Below, piece by piece: positions 51,061-64,000 of a DNA stretch of 64,000 nucleotides. Origin of the DNA: an uncultured Thermoplasmata archaeon (GTDB lineage Archaea > Thermoplasmatota > Thermoplasmata > UBA10834). The stretch is from the NCBI GenBank assembly GCA_963787465.1, contig CAWBDD010000015.1, positions 86,619-150,618 on the forward strand, written 5' to 3'. The stretch's first letter is position 1; every line of letters starts with the position of its first letter. The notes beneath the pieces were generated by a model. That model was not told the origin of the DNA. It made no database searches and saw nothing but the letters and a program-made list of their open reading frames with translations. The position numbers were made by a program, and so were the translations under genes.

Positions 51061-54000
51061 CTCGCCGCGGCGCGCCGGTCTACTGCGTGGCACCGGGTTT
51101 GGATGGCGGAGCCGGCGCAGGAAGTGCCGTTGCATTGCCACTTTGCATCGCTTCCGGCACGAGCGCTTCGCGCAGGTTGAAAGGAGTCTTCAGGGTTCGC
51201 TCCAGCACTCCCGAGGATTCTGCGGCCACCGCCGTCGGCGCCACCGGGACGATCTGCGGATTGAGAGCTTGCCGCTGCACGCCCACCGGCACGGCGTAGG
51301 CGCCGCCGCCCAGCACGTACCCGAGGAACGGCAGGAGCTTCAGAATCGAGTTGACCGCCTGCACCGGTGCGACGGCCACGGTCATGTCGACCGAGTCGTG
51401 GAACCAGTCGACCTTGCCGCGTGCGCACCACGTCGAATGGCTGCGCGTCGAGCACGACCGCGTCGATCAGGATCGCGCCGCTTTCCAGCCTGCCGGTCGC
51501 CTCGAACTTGCTGTAGGCAAACCCGGAGTCCCGCAAACCGAGTTTGTTGCCGCGCAGCAGCTCGCTTGCATTGATCAGGTTGAGTACCTGGGCCAGCCCG
51601 GTCATGCGATCTACGCGTCCATCGCGGGCCACCAGGTGGAAGGGTCCGGTGATCCGTTGCGGCACCTCCCGGTACGGACCGGTGGCGGTGGCGTGAATAT
51701 CGGCATTCAGGCGGCCGGTGACGATGGTTCGCTCATTGGACAGACACCGCAGTGCGGGTGCGGCGTCGAGGTCGCGCGCTTGCAGCACGACATCGAAGCT
51801 CACCGTCTCGGGCTGCATGCGTCCTCCTCCCGCCATCGAGATACCGCACAACCTCGCCTCCTTGACCGCGAAATCGATGTGGCCGGGCGCGATGTCCAGG
51901 GCGGCGAGCAGCGGCTCGACGTTATAGGGGTGATCGACCAGGGACTGGATGGCCAGCCGCACCTTGCCCTCGACCGGGAAATCCCATGACATCGGTTTTT
52001 CCTCGGCTGGTTTCTCCCCGGCTGCGTCGCGAGCAGCCGAGCAGCCGTTTCACGTCGACATGATCCGATTTGACGTCGAGGTCGAGCGCATAGCGCTGGT
52101 CCGTGCCGCGGATCGTGCCGCTGACGTCGAAGTTCGTGTCTCGCAGCGTAAAGGATGTGGCAACACGCAAGGAGCGCTCGTCCGCCGTGAGCTGGGCGTT
52201 GTGCACTGTCAGGTCGTGCCCATGCGACCCAGCCTGGTCGACGTTATCTCGTTGATCCGAAGCTGCCCGTTGGCGCGAAAATCACGCGGCTGTTGAATCG
52301 GCACTCGGTAGGTCAAGTCGCCCGACAGGCGAGCGTCGGGTCGCTGTACGGTATGCCCGATCCGGACCAGCGAGGCTCCCGGCCAGGTTGCCGGCGAAGC
52401 TGCCTTCGATCACGTCCTGCTTCCAGCGAACGGACATCTGCGCGTTCGGACTGCTCGTCCTGGACGGCGAGTTTGCGGACATCGACCACCTTGGGTTGGA
52501 TCAGCGCGTCGAAGCTGCACGGTCGTCTTGCCGGCGAACATCAGCTCGCCCCGGGTCTCGAAGCCGTTGTCCACCGGCCAGCGCAGCGCCGCCGGGCGAG
52601 CCTCGAAGGGCGCGATACGAGCCGCTTCGTGACTCGATCCCGGCGCGCTCCCACCCCCACGCGAGCAGCTTCTCGCCGACCGGGCCGCTGGCCTGCACGT
52701 CCAAGCGCGGTTTGCCGTCGCGCAGACCCGACACGTTCCCGCTTACCTGCAGAGCGGTATCCAGTACCTCGACCTTCACGCCTTGCACGGTCAGGGAGCT
52801 GAGATCTCCTCGAACGCTCCCCCCGTCCAGGCGCAGCTCTCCCGGGGGCTCCGGATGACGTCAGACGCACGGCCTTGGGCGTCACGCTGATCGTCGCCGG
52901 ACCACTTGGCCGGATCTGCCAGCGCGCCGGTGACGGTGCGCGCCTGCACGAGGCCGCGTCCCGGCGAGCACGCGCAGACCCTTGGCAGCATCGGGTAGCT
53001 CGAATCGCTTTGTTGCCCAATCGAACAGCTCGACCAGCGCCAGATCGGCGTCGCAGCTGCTGATCTGGAGCCTGGACGCGGCAAGCGTGATCTGGCCGCT
53101 GCACTGGTTGAACCCGCTGTTTCCCACGGTGCCGGCCAGCCCTTGCACGGCGAGCTCGCTGCCGTCGAATCGTGCCTTCGCAGCCGTGATCTGATCGGCC
53201 AGGGCAGCTGCTCGAGCGAAGCTTGCGCACGGATCGCGTCGACTTCGGCGCGGATCTGCAGATGTGTCGAACGTACCGTCCAGCGCGACGTTGCCGTGGC
53301 GCGTTCCCGGTCAGCTCGCGCAGCGCGTCCAGCTTCGCGCGGTCGCGAGGCGCGAGCTGGCGTTTGGTGAAGCGCCAAGACCTGCGCCAGGATCGGCCCG
53401 CCATTGGAGTCGTGGCAGCGACCGTCTCCGTCCGGTGAAATCCAGGTCGATGCGGCCGTCGTGAACCGCGCTGTTGCCGCTGGCTGCTTTGACCCCTTTG
53501 CGCGCTGCAGCTTGCCCTGCACCAGCGCCAGGCGTGGCGCTCAGATCGCGGATCGGGAGGTCCGGTTGCTTCAATGTCATCGCACACGCCGGCCAGCGTT
53601 CCGCGAACCTCGATGGCTTTTTGCCACTGGTCGATCTGGTCCAGCTGCAAGGTCGCCTCGAGCCCGCTCAGCTGGCCGGCCGTGATCATCCGGGCGTACT
53701 GCTCGACCTCCGGCGTGTCCGTCGTCCACGGCAGGACCAGCTGCTTCACGGTCTCGAGCTCGGCAGGCTGCATCTTGACTTCCAGACGCTGCTGGTTCCA
53801 GTCCGGGCTGAAGGTCAGCACCGCCGCAGCTTGCAGGGCCGGCATCCGCCGCGCGGATGTCCTGCGGCGGCGATCCGCAGCCCGCCGTCGGTCCACTGCG
53901 CCTCGCCCGCAGATCTCGAGTCCTGGATATCGAGCTTGCTGTCGCCGCTGGCGATCGACAGGGTGTTCGAGCTCGCCTCGAAGGTCCCGCGCAGCGCCGG

Positions 54001-54773
54001 CGAGCTGTCGGCGGTGAATCTGCGCGCGCAGCGAGACCAGCCCGTGAAGCTTGCGTATCTCCCTGCACGCCGGCCACCGCCAGCAGCGTGGCGAGATCGA
54101 TGCCCGTCGCATTGAGCTGCGACGCTGCCCTCGAAGCGCTCCGGGTCGAGGCTGATCTTGGCGTCGACCCGGTGCGCGACGTCCGACGCGGTGGTGACCT
54201 CGATCTCGAAGCGGCCGGAGCGGTTGGCGGCGCGGCCGTTGATCTCGCTCAGGGTCAGGCTCGCCTGATCGGGCACCGAGAGGACGAAGCGGCCGCGCTC
54301 GATGGTGAGTCGAGGGACGCGCAGGTCGACCGCCTTCAGCCGGGAAATGCTGGCGAGGGCCGCGCGCAGATCCGAGACCGTGAAGGTGCCGGAGGGCCCG
54401 TGGACTGCAGGAGTGGGCGCCGACGATGACGGTGATGTCCGGCGCAACCAGCGCTATGTGGCTGAGGCGCACGTCGCCCCACAGCAGCGGCAGCAGCGCG
54501 GTGGTGAGGGTCAATGCTTCGACCTTGCCCTTGGCGCGTGCCGGCGGGATGCTGAACGGAGGCGCCCTCGACGCTGATCTTCGGTGCCGGGAACCAGTCG
54601 AGCTCGAGGCGAGCGACGCGCCACTGCCCGCCGGTGGCACGCGCCAGATGCCGCAGCGCCGCCGCCTTGACCGACTCGGAGTCCAGCAGCAGAGGCAGCG
54701 ACAGCAGCAGTGCCGTCAGGACGACCAGGAGAGTGGCCGCGCCGAGCGCAACCCACTTCAGTATGCGCCGCAT
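51060..54773 (-). pseudogene. asmA: AsmA-family outer-membrane biogenesis protein, heavily frameshifted.
   Basis: N-terminus MRRILKWVALGAATLLVVLTALLLSLPLLLDSESVKAA (ORF 54336..54773). An AsmA-type C-terminal region lies in ORF 50925..51992. The interior is a mosaic of frames. Confidence 0.5.
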
Positions 54774-54953
54774 GCCTGCATGGAACGTGAGATCGGGATT
54801 GTTGACTGGCCGGCCGTGATATTACGCGAAGCCGCCCGGCAGGGCGCGGCGTGCTGCGGCACGAGGACGCGATCTGTGACGCAGCTCGAAGTGTGGCCGT
54901 TCCCGTCAGCGGAGGTCTGACCCCGCACTGGCTAGCCCGGGTAGACTAGCAGC

Positions 54954-56668
<1,715 letters not shown>

Positions 56669-56754
56669 GAGCGTGGGCGACGTCAGAACGCGGCAGGCCA
56701 TCGCCGCTTGCGCTGCGACTCTGTCTGACGCATGCACCCGAATCGTCTCCCGAC

Positions 56755-56815
56755 GCACACCCTACCCTCTCCCGCTAGCGGAGAGGGGGACCTTCTCTAT
56801 CGCGGAAGAGGGAGT
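56755..56815. repeat. REP-like palindrome (CCCTCTCCCGCTAGCGGAGAGGG).
   Basis: Perfect inverted repeat downstream of dgoA. Confidence 0.6.
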
Positions 56816-56879
56816 ATTGTGGCGCGCCTCCCGAACGCCTGTCTTTGTGCAACCAGCCCTTCGCAGTAGAAGCCAGCAG

Positions 56880-57497
56880 CTGCACCGCCGCCCGGAACTT
56901 GGCCGCGCTCTTGCGTCACTTGCGCGGCAGTGGCGCCGGGCTTGTAGAGCGCAGAGCCGAGCCCGAAGCCGCTGGCGCCGGCCGCCCAGTACTCGCCCAT
57001 GTTCTCGACGCTGATGGAGCCCACCGGGATGACCGGCACGGCCTTTGGCAGCACCGCGCGCAAGCGCCTTGAGCACTTTCGGGGGGCTGGCCTCGGCCGG
57101 GAACAGCTTGAGCCCGTCGGCGCCCGCTTCGAGCATCGCGAACGCCTCGGTCGGCGTGCGCGAAGCCGGGCAGGGCAGTGAGCCTGAGCGCCTTCGCTTC
57201 CACGACGACCTTGGCGTCGGCGTGCGGCATGACGATCAGCCGGCCGCCCGCTTGCGCCACCTCGTCCACCTGTTGCGGACTGGTCACCGTCCCGGCGCCG
57301 ACCAGCGCCTGCTCGCCGAGCTCGCGCGCGAGCAGTGCGATGCTCTCGAACGGAGCCGGGGAGTTGAGCGGCACCTCGACGATCGCGAATCCGGCATCGA
57401 CCAGCGCGCGGCCGATCTCCAGGCACTCGCCGGGTTCGACCCCGCGCAGAATGGCCACCAGCGGACAGGCCGCCAGCGCCTCAGTGAAGGCGAGCAT
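56880..57497 (-). pseudogene. dgoA: 2-dehydro-3-deoxy-6-phosphogalactonate aldolase (DgoA), frameshifted near the C-terminus.
   Basis: MLAFTEALAACPLVAILRGVEPGECLEIGRALVDAGFAIVEVPLNSP. The 3-prime end is approximate. Confidence 0.6.
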
Positions 57498-57499
57498 CG

Positions 57500-58377
57500 T
57501 CAACCTCCTGTGAGTTGCGTGCCGAGTCGAAACAGCCCGCGCACGACGGCATCCGGATCGAGTACGGTGGCGTCGCGGCCGAACTGGCGCAGCGCATGCT
57601 GGTACAGATCCACGAGGGGCTTGGCGCCGAGCAGGAAGACGGCTGTCGCGGCGCTGCGCGCCGCCACCAGCTCGTGGCCGATCAGGATGCCGGACAGATA
57701 AGACGCGGACACATCGTCCGGCACTTCGCCGAACAATCCGCGCGCCCGCACGCCGAACAGGTGATGCAGGAGCCCGCCGGCATCCTGGGCGCGCCGCACG
57801 CCGGCGGCGAACCACTGCAGATCGGTGGGCCCGTCGTGCATCATGCGTCCAAGAATGCTGTGCGCCTTGAGCACGGCGAACGCCTCGCCGGTCATGTGGG
57901 TGGAGAAGCGCACCACCGTGCCGTCGCGTACTTCGACCCATTTGCTGTGCGTGCCGGGCAGGCAGATCCAGGCGCTCGCGGGCAGCTCATCGAGCACACC
58001 GAGGATCTGCGTTTCTTCGCCGCGCATGACGTCGGGCACGCCGGCCGCATCGCGGCTCGACAGGCCGGGGCAATCCAGGCGCGCCGCTCGCCCCAGCGCA
58101 CTTCGCGCAGCCCCGCGCCGATCTCCGTCGCACCAGCCGGGCAGCTCGCGTAGGGCGCCTCCACCCAGCCCTGGCGGCTGCCGATCATGCCGCTCATCAC
58201 GACCGGCGCCTCGCCCGCCGACAACCAGTCGCCGACCTGAGCTTCCAGGGCCTCGGCGAAGCGGCTGCCCTCGACCTGCATGATCCCGAGCGGTGCGCCG
58301 CGCCGCTCGACCACGCTGCCGTCCGCGTCCAGACGGTAGGCGCGGAAGCTGGAGGTGCCCCAGTCGATGGCGATCAT
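57500..58377 (-). pseudogene. dgoK: 2-dehydro-3-deoxygalactonokinase (DgoK), frameshifted.
   Basis: MIAIDWGTSSFRAYRLD N-terminus. The C-terminal half is in ORF 57500..58039. Confidence 0.6.
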
Positions 58378-58419
58378 GCTGCAGGCCGCAGAGCAGCCAC
58401 GGGACTACTGACCCGACGG

Positions 58420-58690
58420 GTGAATGGGAACTCCCTCTCCCCTCGCGGGAGAGGCAACAGACTCAAAGGTCCCTCTCCCCGCGCGGGAGAGGGTAGCGTG
58501 AGGGCCGGGAGAGGGGAACGTACTTCTAGAGGCAACTCATCCGTGTCCGTCACGGGTAGAAGCATCTGTCGTGCTCTGACTCCGCCGTGAGGTCTCGCAA
58601 CACATCCCCCTCTCCCCCGCCCTCTCCCACGAGGGGAGAGGGAGTTTTCTTTAAGCCGCCAGCCGATCCACACCCTCTCCCGCAAGGGCG
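58420..58690. repeat. Cluster of at least 4 REP-like palindromes (CCTCTCCC-N4-6-GGGAGAGG variants).
   Basis: ctctcccctcgcgggagagg, ccctctccccgcgcgggagaggg, ccctctcccacgaggggagaggg and ccctctcccgcaagggcgagag, all in an intergenic region. Confidence 0.65.
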
Positions 58691-58697
58691 AGAGCGA

Positions 58698-59507
58698 TCA
58701 GGCCGTCTTGTACGCGAGCGGGATGGCGGCTTCCGGTGCCAGCACGCGGAAGGTGAAGCTCTCCTGCAGGTACAGCCGCACGGTTGTGGCGCTGTGGTCG
58801 AGATAACCGATGGAGAAGTCCTGTCCCACCGTCAGCTCGAAGTCGCCGCCGCGCGTGGACAGCACCACCGCGCCGTTGACCGCCGGGCGCCCACACGATC
58901 GGCCCGTCCAGCAGCCGCCGCACGTGCTCGATGACCGGATACCCGCCTTTGGTCGTCTTGGTGAGCCCGGTGTAGCAGCGCGGGCCGAGCGCGATCCCAT
59001 ACGGTCCATTCACGCCGGTCTGCGCAGGCGATTCACGGCGTCGGCGACGATCCGCCGGATACGACTCGTAGTCGCTCGGAATGCTCAGGGTCTCTGCCGC
59101 CGCGGCCTGGGCGATGCCGGTGATGCCGCCCTCGGCATAGCCGTGGAACACCGCGCGGTCCTCGGCCAGCCCGGCGTTGCGGGCCGCCTGCCTGACCGCG
59201 TGAGATCCGGGTCAGCTGCGCCGCGCCCGACGGCTTCCAGCTCCTCGCGGGTGAGCTCGAACGGCACGCGCAGCTCCACCAGCGGCTGCACCTCGCGCAT
59301 GCGCGCCTCCACGCCCGGCTCCGGTCCGGCGCTCAAACGGCGTGCGCGCCCGTTGCTGACCGCCGACGCGTCCCAGCCCAGCGGCCCGCGGAAATCCACC
59401 AGCTTGCGCGCCGCCAGCGTGAGCTTCAAGGTGCGCCTGGCCTCCTCCTCGATCGTCGCCCAGGCGGCCTCCGAGATCGGCGCGAGGTCGCGCAGCAGGT
59501 CGTTCAT
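58698..59507 (-). pseudogene. Family 1 encapsulin shell protein (Linocin_M18), frameshifted.
   Basis: N-terminus MNDLLRDLAPISEAAWATIEEEARRTLK. C-terminus GQDFSIGYLDHSATTVRLYLQESFTFRVLAPEAA. Confidence 0.65.
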
Positions 59508-59886
59508 CACGGCACCTCCGCGCGCAGGCTGCCGATGCCGAGCGATCCGTCGGCTGCCCCGCGCCGCCGCCCGACGCATCGCCCCTGGCTCCTCGATCTC
59601 CAGGACGGACTTGTCCGCGAACAGGTAGGTGCGCAGCTGCTCGTCGAGGTGCGCGTCGTGGCGGCGCAGCCACTCCAGGACCATCGCCGCGTGCTCTTTC
59701 TCCTCGTCCCGGTTGTGCGCCAGGATGGCGCGCAGCTCGTCATCGTGAGCGGCGTGCACGCGCTGGTCGTACCAGTCGACCGCCTCCAGCTCCTCCATCA
59801 GGGACACGATGGCCCGATGGCGGTCGATGGTTTCGGGTTTGAGCACATCGGGGCTTTCGTGAAGCGTTGCGCTGGAAGCGCGCCAT
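59507..59886 (-). pseudogene. Encapsulated ferritin-like cargo protein (EncFtn) with a C-terminal cargo-loading peptide. One frameshift near the N-terminus.
   Basis: AAGGAGA SD-like sequence 5 nt before the ATG. IVSLMEELEAVDWYDQRV...HNRDEEKEHAAMVLEWLRR ferritin-like core. The C-terminus DGSLGIGSLRAEVP matches the encapsulin targeting peptide consensus. Confidence 0.6.
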
Positions 59887-60202
59887 GCTGATCTCCTTCG
59901 GCAATCGAGAAAGTCTGTTTCGAGAGTAAGCCGGAGCGGACGTGCGGTCAAGCCGCCGCGGCTGCGGTTGGGCGCGCGGGCCGGCTCTGGCGCCCAAGCG
60001 ACGAACCGCTTCACCGCCAGAGGACACAGAGGAACACCGAGGAAAGCAAAAGCTACGAGCGCAGGCCGCACGACGGGTCGATCGCGCGCACGGCCGATCC
60101 GCGAGCAGCCACTGGCAGATTGAAAGCGCTTGCATGTCCTCTGAGTGCCTCTGTCCGTCAATGAGGTTGCGCTCTTTGCCCTTGCGGTTCAAGCGAGCAC
60201 GT

Positions 60203-61049
60203 TCAAGGCGCGAGCAGAAAATCCCGCACCACCTCGATCTGATCCACCGACATCAGCGCCGGGCGCGTGGCCGATGCCGTCGAACTCCTTGAGCTTGGCC
60301 TTGGGGCCGCGCTGTGTCATCTGCTGCGGCGGTCTCGCGCAGCAGCAGATCCGACTGCGCGCCGCGCAGCACCAGCGTCGGGCAGGCGATCGCGTCCCAC
60401 ACCGGCCACAGCACGACGTCCTTCAGCTCGCCTGCGAAGGCCGTCGCGATTCCGGGATCGTACGCCGGGCCGAAGGTGCCGTCGTCGTTGCGCTGCGCCG
60501 AGGTCGAGGCGAGATGCCGCCACTGCGCATCGGTGAGCGGGCCGAAGGGCGCGCAACACCTGCCGCAGGTACGCCTCGAACTGGTCGAGATCGCTGCAGG
60601 GCGGTGCCTTGCCGACGTACTGGGCCAGTCGCTCCAGCGCGGCCTTCGGCACCAGCGGACCCACGTCGTTGACCACCAGCTTGCGGATCGGGTTGCCGGG
60701 TTGCGCAGCCAGCATCATGCCGATCAAGCCGCCCATGGACGTGCCTACCCACAGCACCGAGTCGACACCGGCGCGTGCGATCAGCGCGGTGAGATCCGAC
60801 AGATACAGCGGATAGCCGTAGTCCGGCCTTGTGCGCCAGCCAGTCGCTGCGTCCGCGGCCGACGACGTCGGGGCAGATGACGCGGAAGTAAGGTGCAAGC
60901 GCCTGCGCGAGCACATCGAAGTCTCTGCCGTTGCGCGTCAGGCCATGCACGCAGATCACGACCTGCGGGTTGGCGGGATCGCCCCACTCCCAGTAACGGG
61001 TGCGATGGAAGCCGTGTGGCCCCAGGTTGCGAAGTTCACCGCCGCGCAT
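60203..61049 (-). pseudogene. Alpha/beta-hydrolase fold protein, frameshifted.
   Basis: VICVHGLTRNGRDFD and VGTSMGGLIG (nucleophile elbow GxSxG). Confidence 0.55.
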
Positions 61050-61747
61050 GGAAACGGGCCGCCCGGCCGTCAGGACTCGCCCCGCGCCGGCGTGCCGATC
61101 GGCGCGACGGCCTCGCCTGGCTGGTCGCGCATCTCCGAGACCGGCTCGGAACAGGAAGTACATCGCGATCATCTGGATGACTCGGAACAGGTTGGAATGA
61201 TCGAACTGTGGATGCAGCGTGACGCGTCCTTGCTGGACGAGCGCGGCCACCAGCGACACCAGGATGCCGGCGAGGACCCAGGGTGCGGCGGCCACCCGCT
61301 TGCTCCATCCGCCCCAGGCCGACAGCGCCAGCACCGGGAGCATCGGTCGCGACGATATCGTAGACCACGTAGCGCAAGTCGTCATGGTCGGCGATCCACA
61401 CCGCCAGCAGGGCGAACTTGGCCGCGGCGAGCGTGAGCAAGGCAACGCGCAGCCGGCCGGCGGTATAGGCGTGAACGATCGAGCACAGAAACAGCAGGCT
61501 GGCGGCGCCCGCAAGGCACAAGGTCGCGCGCCACAGCGACTGGGCGACGCTGGCGTCCAGTCGCGCCGCGAAGCCTTCGTGCGTTCCGCCGGCGAGGGCG
61601 CATAGCGACAACCGCGGCGAACGCCGCTGCCCACAGCCGTGGCGCGAGGTCGGGGCGATGGCGGGCGGCGGCGCCCAACCGCCAGGCGAAGTAGCCGGTG
61701 AGCGCCGCCAGTGCGTAGTGGGTGATCAGCGTCATCGGCGTACTCAC
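61050..61747 (-). CDS. Hypothetical integral membrane protein. Probably contains frameshifts.
   Basis: Multiple hydrophobic helices (MTLITHYALAALTGYFAWRL, LLAVWIADHDDLRYVVYDI). Family not identified. Confidence 0.3.
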
Positions 61748-61806
61748 GGCTGATCACCTGGCGCATGGCAGTGTCGATGCAGACCGGTCGCAGGCCCGTC
61801 GGGCGC

Positions 61807-62396
61807 TCAGTTCAGGTTCGTGATGTACTGCGCGAGCGCGTCGATCTGCTCGTCGGTCAGGCTCTTCGCGTACGCAGTCATGCTGCCGGCGTCGTTGGTG
61901 CGGCGCCGCTCGCGAAAATCCTTCAGCTGCTTGACGACGTAGTCGTAGTGCTGGCCGGCCACGCGCGGCACCTCGTTCTGCCCGGAGAAACCGCCCAGGT
62001 GGCACATCGGGCACAGGGCGGCGTCGGCGACCTGCTTGCCTGTCGGTGACCTTGGCCGATTCGACCGGGTAGTTGCTCGGCAGCGGCTTCTGCTGCGCGA
62101 AGTATGCGGCCAGGTCGTACATGTCGTCCTTGGACAGGTTGACGGCCATCGGGCTCATCAACGGGTCCTTGCGCCGGCCCTTCCTTGAAATCCTTCAGCT
62201 GCAGGTACAGGTAGCGGGGGGTCTGACCCGCGAGGATGGGGTACTGCGGCACGGTGGCGTTGCCGTCCGGGCCGTGACAGGCGGCACACACGGCGGCTTT
62301 TTCCTTCCCGGCCGCCGGGTTGCCCTGGGCGTGCGCGGACAGCGCGCTCGCGCCGAGCAGCCCCGCGGTGCATGCAATCGTTACAAATTGTTTCAT
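61807..62396 (-). pseudogene. Dihaem cytochrome c4-like protein, frameshifted.
   Basis: Signal peptide MKQFVTIACTAGLLGASALSAHA. CAACHG and CHLGG haem-binding motifs. Confidence 0.6.
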
Positions 62397-62504
62397 CGTC
62401 CTGCTCGAGATCGAGCGCCGCCGTTCCGGTGAACGGGCAACAAAAAGGCCGCGCCTAGTATAAACGGACCAGGCGCGGCCCAGATGACTCGGACAGAGAA
62501 GCGC

Positions 62505-64000
62505 TTACGGCAGCGAGAACACGATGACGCTGTTGCCGCGCTTGGAGTCGATCTGCTCGTTGCCGCCGGCCGCGACGGCGATGTACTGCTTGCGGCCGAC
62601 CATGAAGGAGGTGGCGGGAGCGTTCACGCCGGCGCCGCGCCTGGAACGACCACAGCTTCTTGCCGGTGCGGGCGTCGTAGGCGGCGAACTCGCCGTTGCC
62701 TTCACCGTTGAACACCAGGCCGCCGGCCGTGGCCAGCACGCCGCCGATCAGCGGCTGAGGCGTGTCGTGCTGCCAGGCGATCTTGCCGGTGTCGAGGTTG
62801 ACCGCGGACAGCCGGCCCCACTGCTTCTCGCTCGGGATCACCTTGAAGGCGCCGCCCAGCCACAGCTTGCTGCCGCCGGGATACTCGGAGGACTCGACGT
62901 GGTAGGTCATCGGCTGGTGCAGGTTGGCGGCATAGGCCAGGCGCAGCCTCGGGTTGATCGGCCATCGGCGACCATTCGACGCCACCGTTGGCGCCAGGCA
63001 GCATGCGCGCACCTTCCGGCGTGGGCAGCACCCACATGTTCTCCTGCGGGATCATCGCGTCGGAGAAGCGGATCAGCGACAGATCGTCGCGACGGTGCAC
63101 GTAGACGTGGCCGGTCTTGCCGCCGTGGATCGCCACCGGAATGGTCTTGCCATCCTTGCCCTGCGCTTCCGGTCAGGATGACCGGGCTCACCGCGTCCAG
63201 ATCCCACACGTCGTGCGCGACGTACTGGAAGTGCGCCTTGTAGGTGCCCGGTCTCCAGGTCGATCGCGACGATCGAGTCGGTGTAGAGGTTGTCGCCGGG
63301 GCGGATGTCGCCGTACAGGTCGGGCGAGGGGTTGCCCACCACGAAGTAGACGGTCTTGGTCTTCGGTCCACCGCCGGAGTCATCCACACGCCGCCGCCGA
63401 GGGTCTGGTAGAAGCTGCCGCCCATCTGCGCGAGAAGCTGCTTCTCCCTGGGGATGTCGCGCTTCATGTTGCGGCCGGTCGCGTCGTTGGCTGCCCACAC
63501 GCCTTCCTGGCCCTTCTCGGGGATGGTGTAGAAGGTCCACAGCAGGGCGCCGGTGCGGGCATCGAAGGCCTTCACGAAGCCGCGGATGCCGTACTCGCCG
63601 CCGTTGGTGCCGATCATCACCTTGCCGTCCACGGCGACCGGCGCCATCGTCTCGGAGTAGCCCTTCTCGGGATCGGCGATCTGGGTTCTCCCACAGCAGC
63701 CTGCCGGTCTTCGCGTCGAGCGCGACCAGCTTGGCGTCGAGCGTGCCCATGTAGACCACGTCGCGGTAGATCGCCACGCCGCGGTTGTTCGGGCCGCAGC
63801 AGTAGGTGGTGACCGGCCCCATCTTGTGCTTGTAGTGCCAGAACTCCTTGCCGGTCGCCGCGTCGATCGCGTGCACGTGGTTGTACGAGGTGGTGACGTA
63901 CATCACGCCGTTGTTGACGATCGGCGCGGTTTCCATCGACTCCATCACCGCGGTCTGGAAGATGTAGGCCGGCCGCAGCCTGCTGACGTTGCGCGTGTTG
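62505..64000 (-). pseudogene. PQQ-dependent alcohol dehydrogenase (quinoprotein). The 5-prime end lies beyond the window. Frameshifted.
   Basis: TYCCGP vicinal-disulfide motif and W-rich PQQ beta-propeller repeats. Stop at about 62505. Confidence 0.65.

Noticed and set aside
52541-54640. The 699-aa ORF and other large R/A/G-rich ORFs in 51-55 kb read as novel proteins.
   Set aside because: These are frame mosaics of the frameshifted asmA gene and its antisense. The AsmA N- and C-termini are recognisable in other frames.

Overview
This 64 kb window is a composite of two unrelated genomes. Positions 1 to about 48,450 (about 60-63% GC) are a euryarchaeal chromosome segment of roughly 40 genes. 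Protein acidity is normal, so it is not a halophile; Thermoplasmatota or a methanogen-class lineage is plausible. Recognisable archaeal genes are a PLP-dependent acyltransferase (partial), a flavodoxin, a 1474-aa TPR protein, an intron-containing tRNA-Gly(UCC), a GAF sensor histidine kinase, M28 and C11 peptidases, tRNA-Pro(CGG), the mevalonate entry module (XRE-type HTH regulator, HMG-CoA synthase, thiolase, DUF35), histidine ammonia-lyase, TldD/PmbA, a roughly 1500-aa helical-repeat protein with a CARDB-like domain and a C-terminal RING/PHD-like zinc finger, formiminotransferase plus cyclodeaminase, Cgi121, Hel308, a multiply frameshifted LonB, NMNAT, a CinA C-terminal domain protein, a KaiC-like ATPase pair, an aminotransferase, PurC, TrpB2, an OB/HD nuclease, a B12-dependent class II ribonucleotide reductase carrying a 267-aa intein, a SAMP/MoaD-like Gly-Gly protein, a secreted M14 carboxypeptidase with a PEF-CTERM sorting signal, UPF0179 and glycerol-1-phosphate dehydrogenase. 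At about 48.45-48.85 kb the archaeal sequence ends abruptly. A 3-prime fragment of a bacterial SDR gene follows, then a (GAGGCGA)n heptamer tandem repeat, then about 70% GC proteobacterial DNA. That bacterial DNA carries gabD, a Uma2 endonuclease, asmA, an aidB-like acyl-CoA dehydrogenase, dgoK-dgoA, an encapsulin-EncFtn nanocompartment operon, an alpha/beta hydrolase, cytochrome c4, a PQQ alcohol dehydrogenase and clusters of REP-like palindromes. Nearly every bacterial gene is broken by indel frameshifts every 100-300 bp. The archaeal part shows isolated indel frameshifts in RNR, LonB and the giant helical protein, two of them in mononucleotide runs. The most probable explanation is a chimeric, partly unpolished metagenomic contig rather than a biological fusion. 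The most interesting candidate biology is the pair of giant repeat proteins that both end in 8-ligand zinc fingers, the RNR intein, the KaiC-like pair with one degenerate P-loop, and a structured 430-bp noncoding region upstream of RNR.
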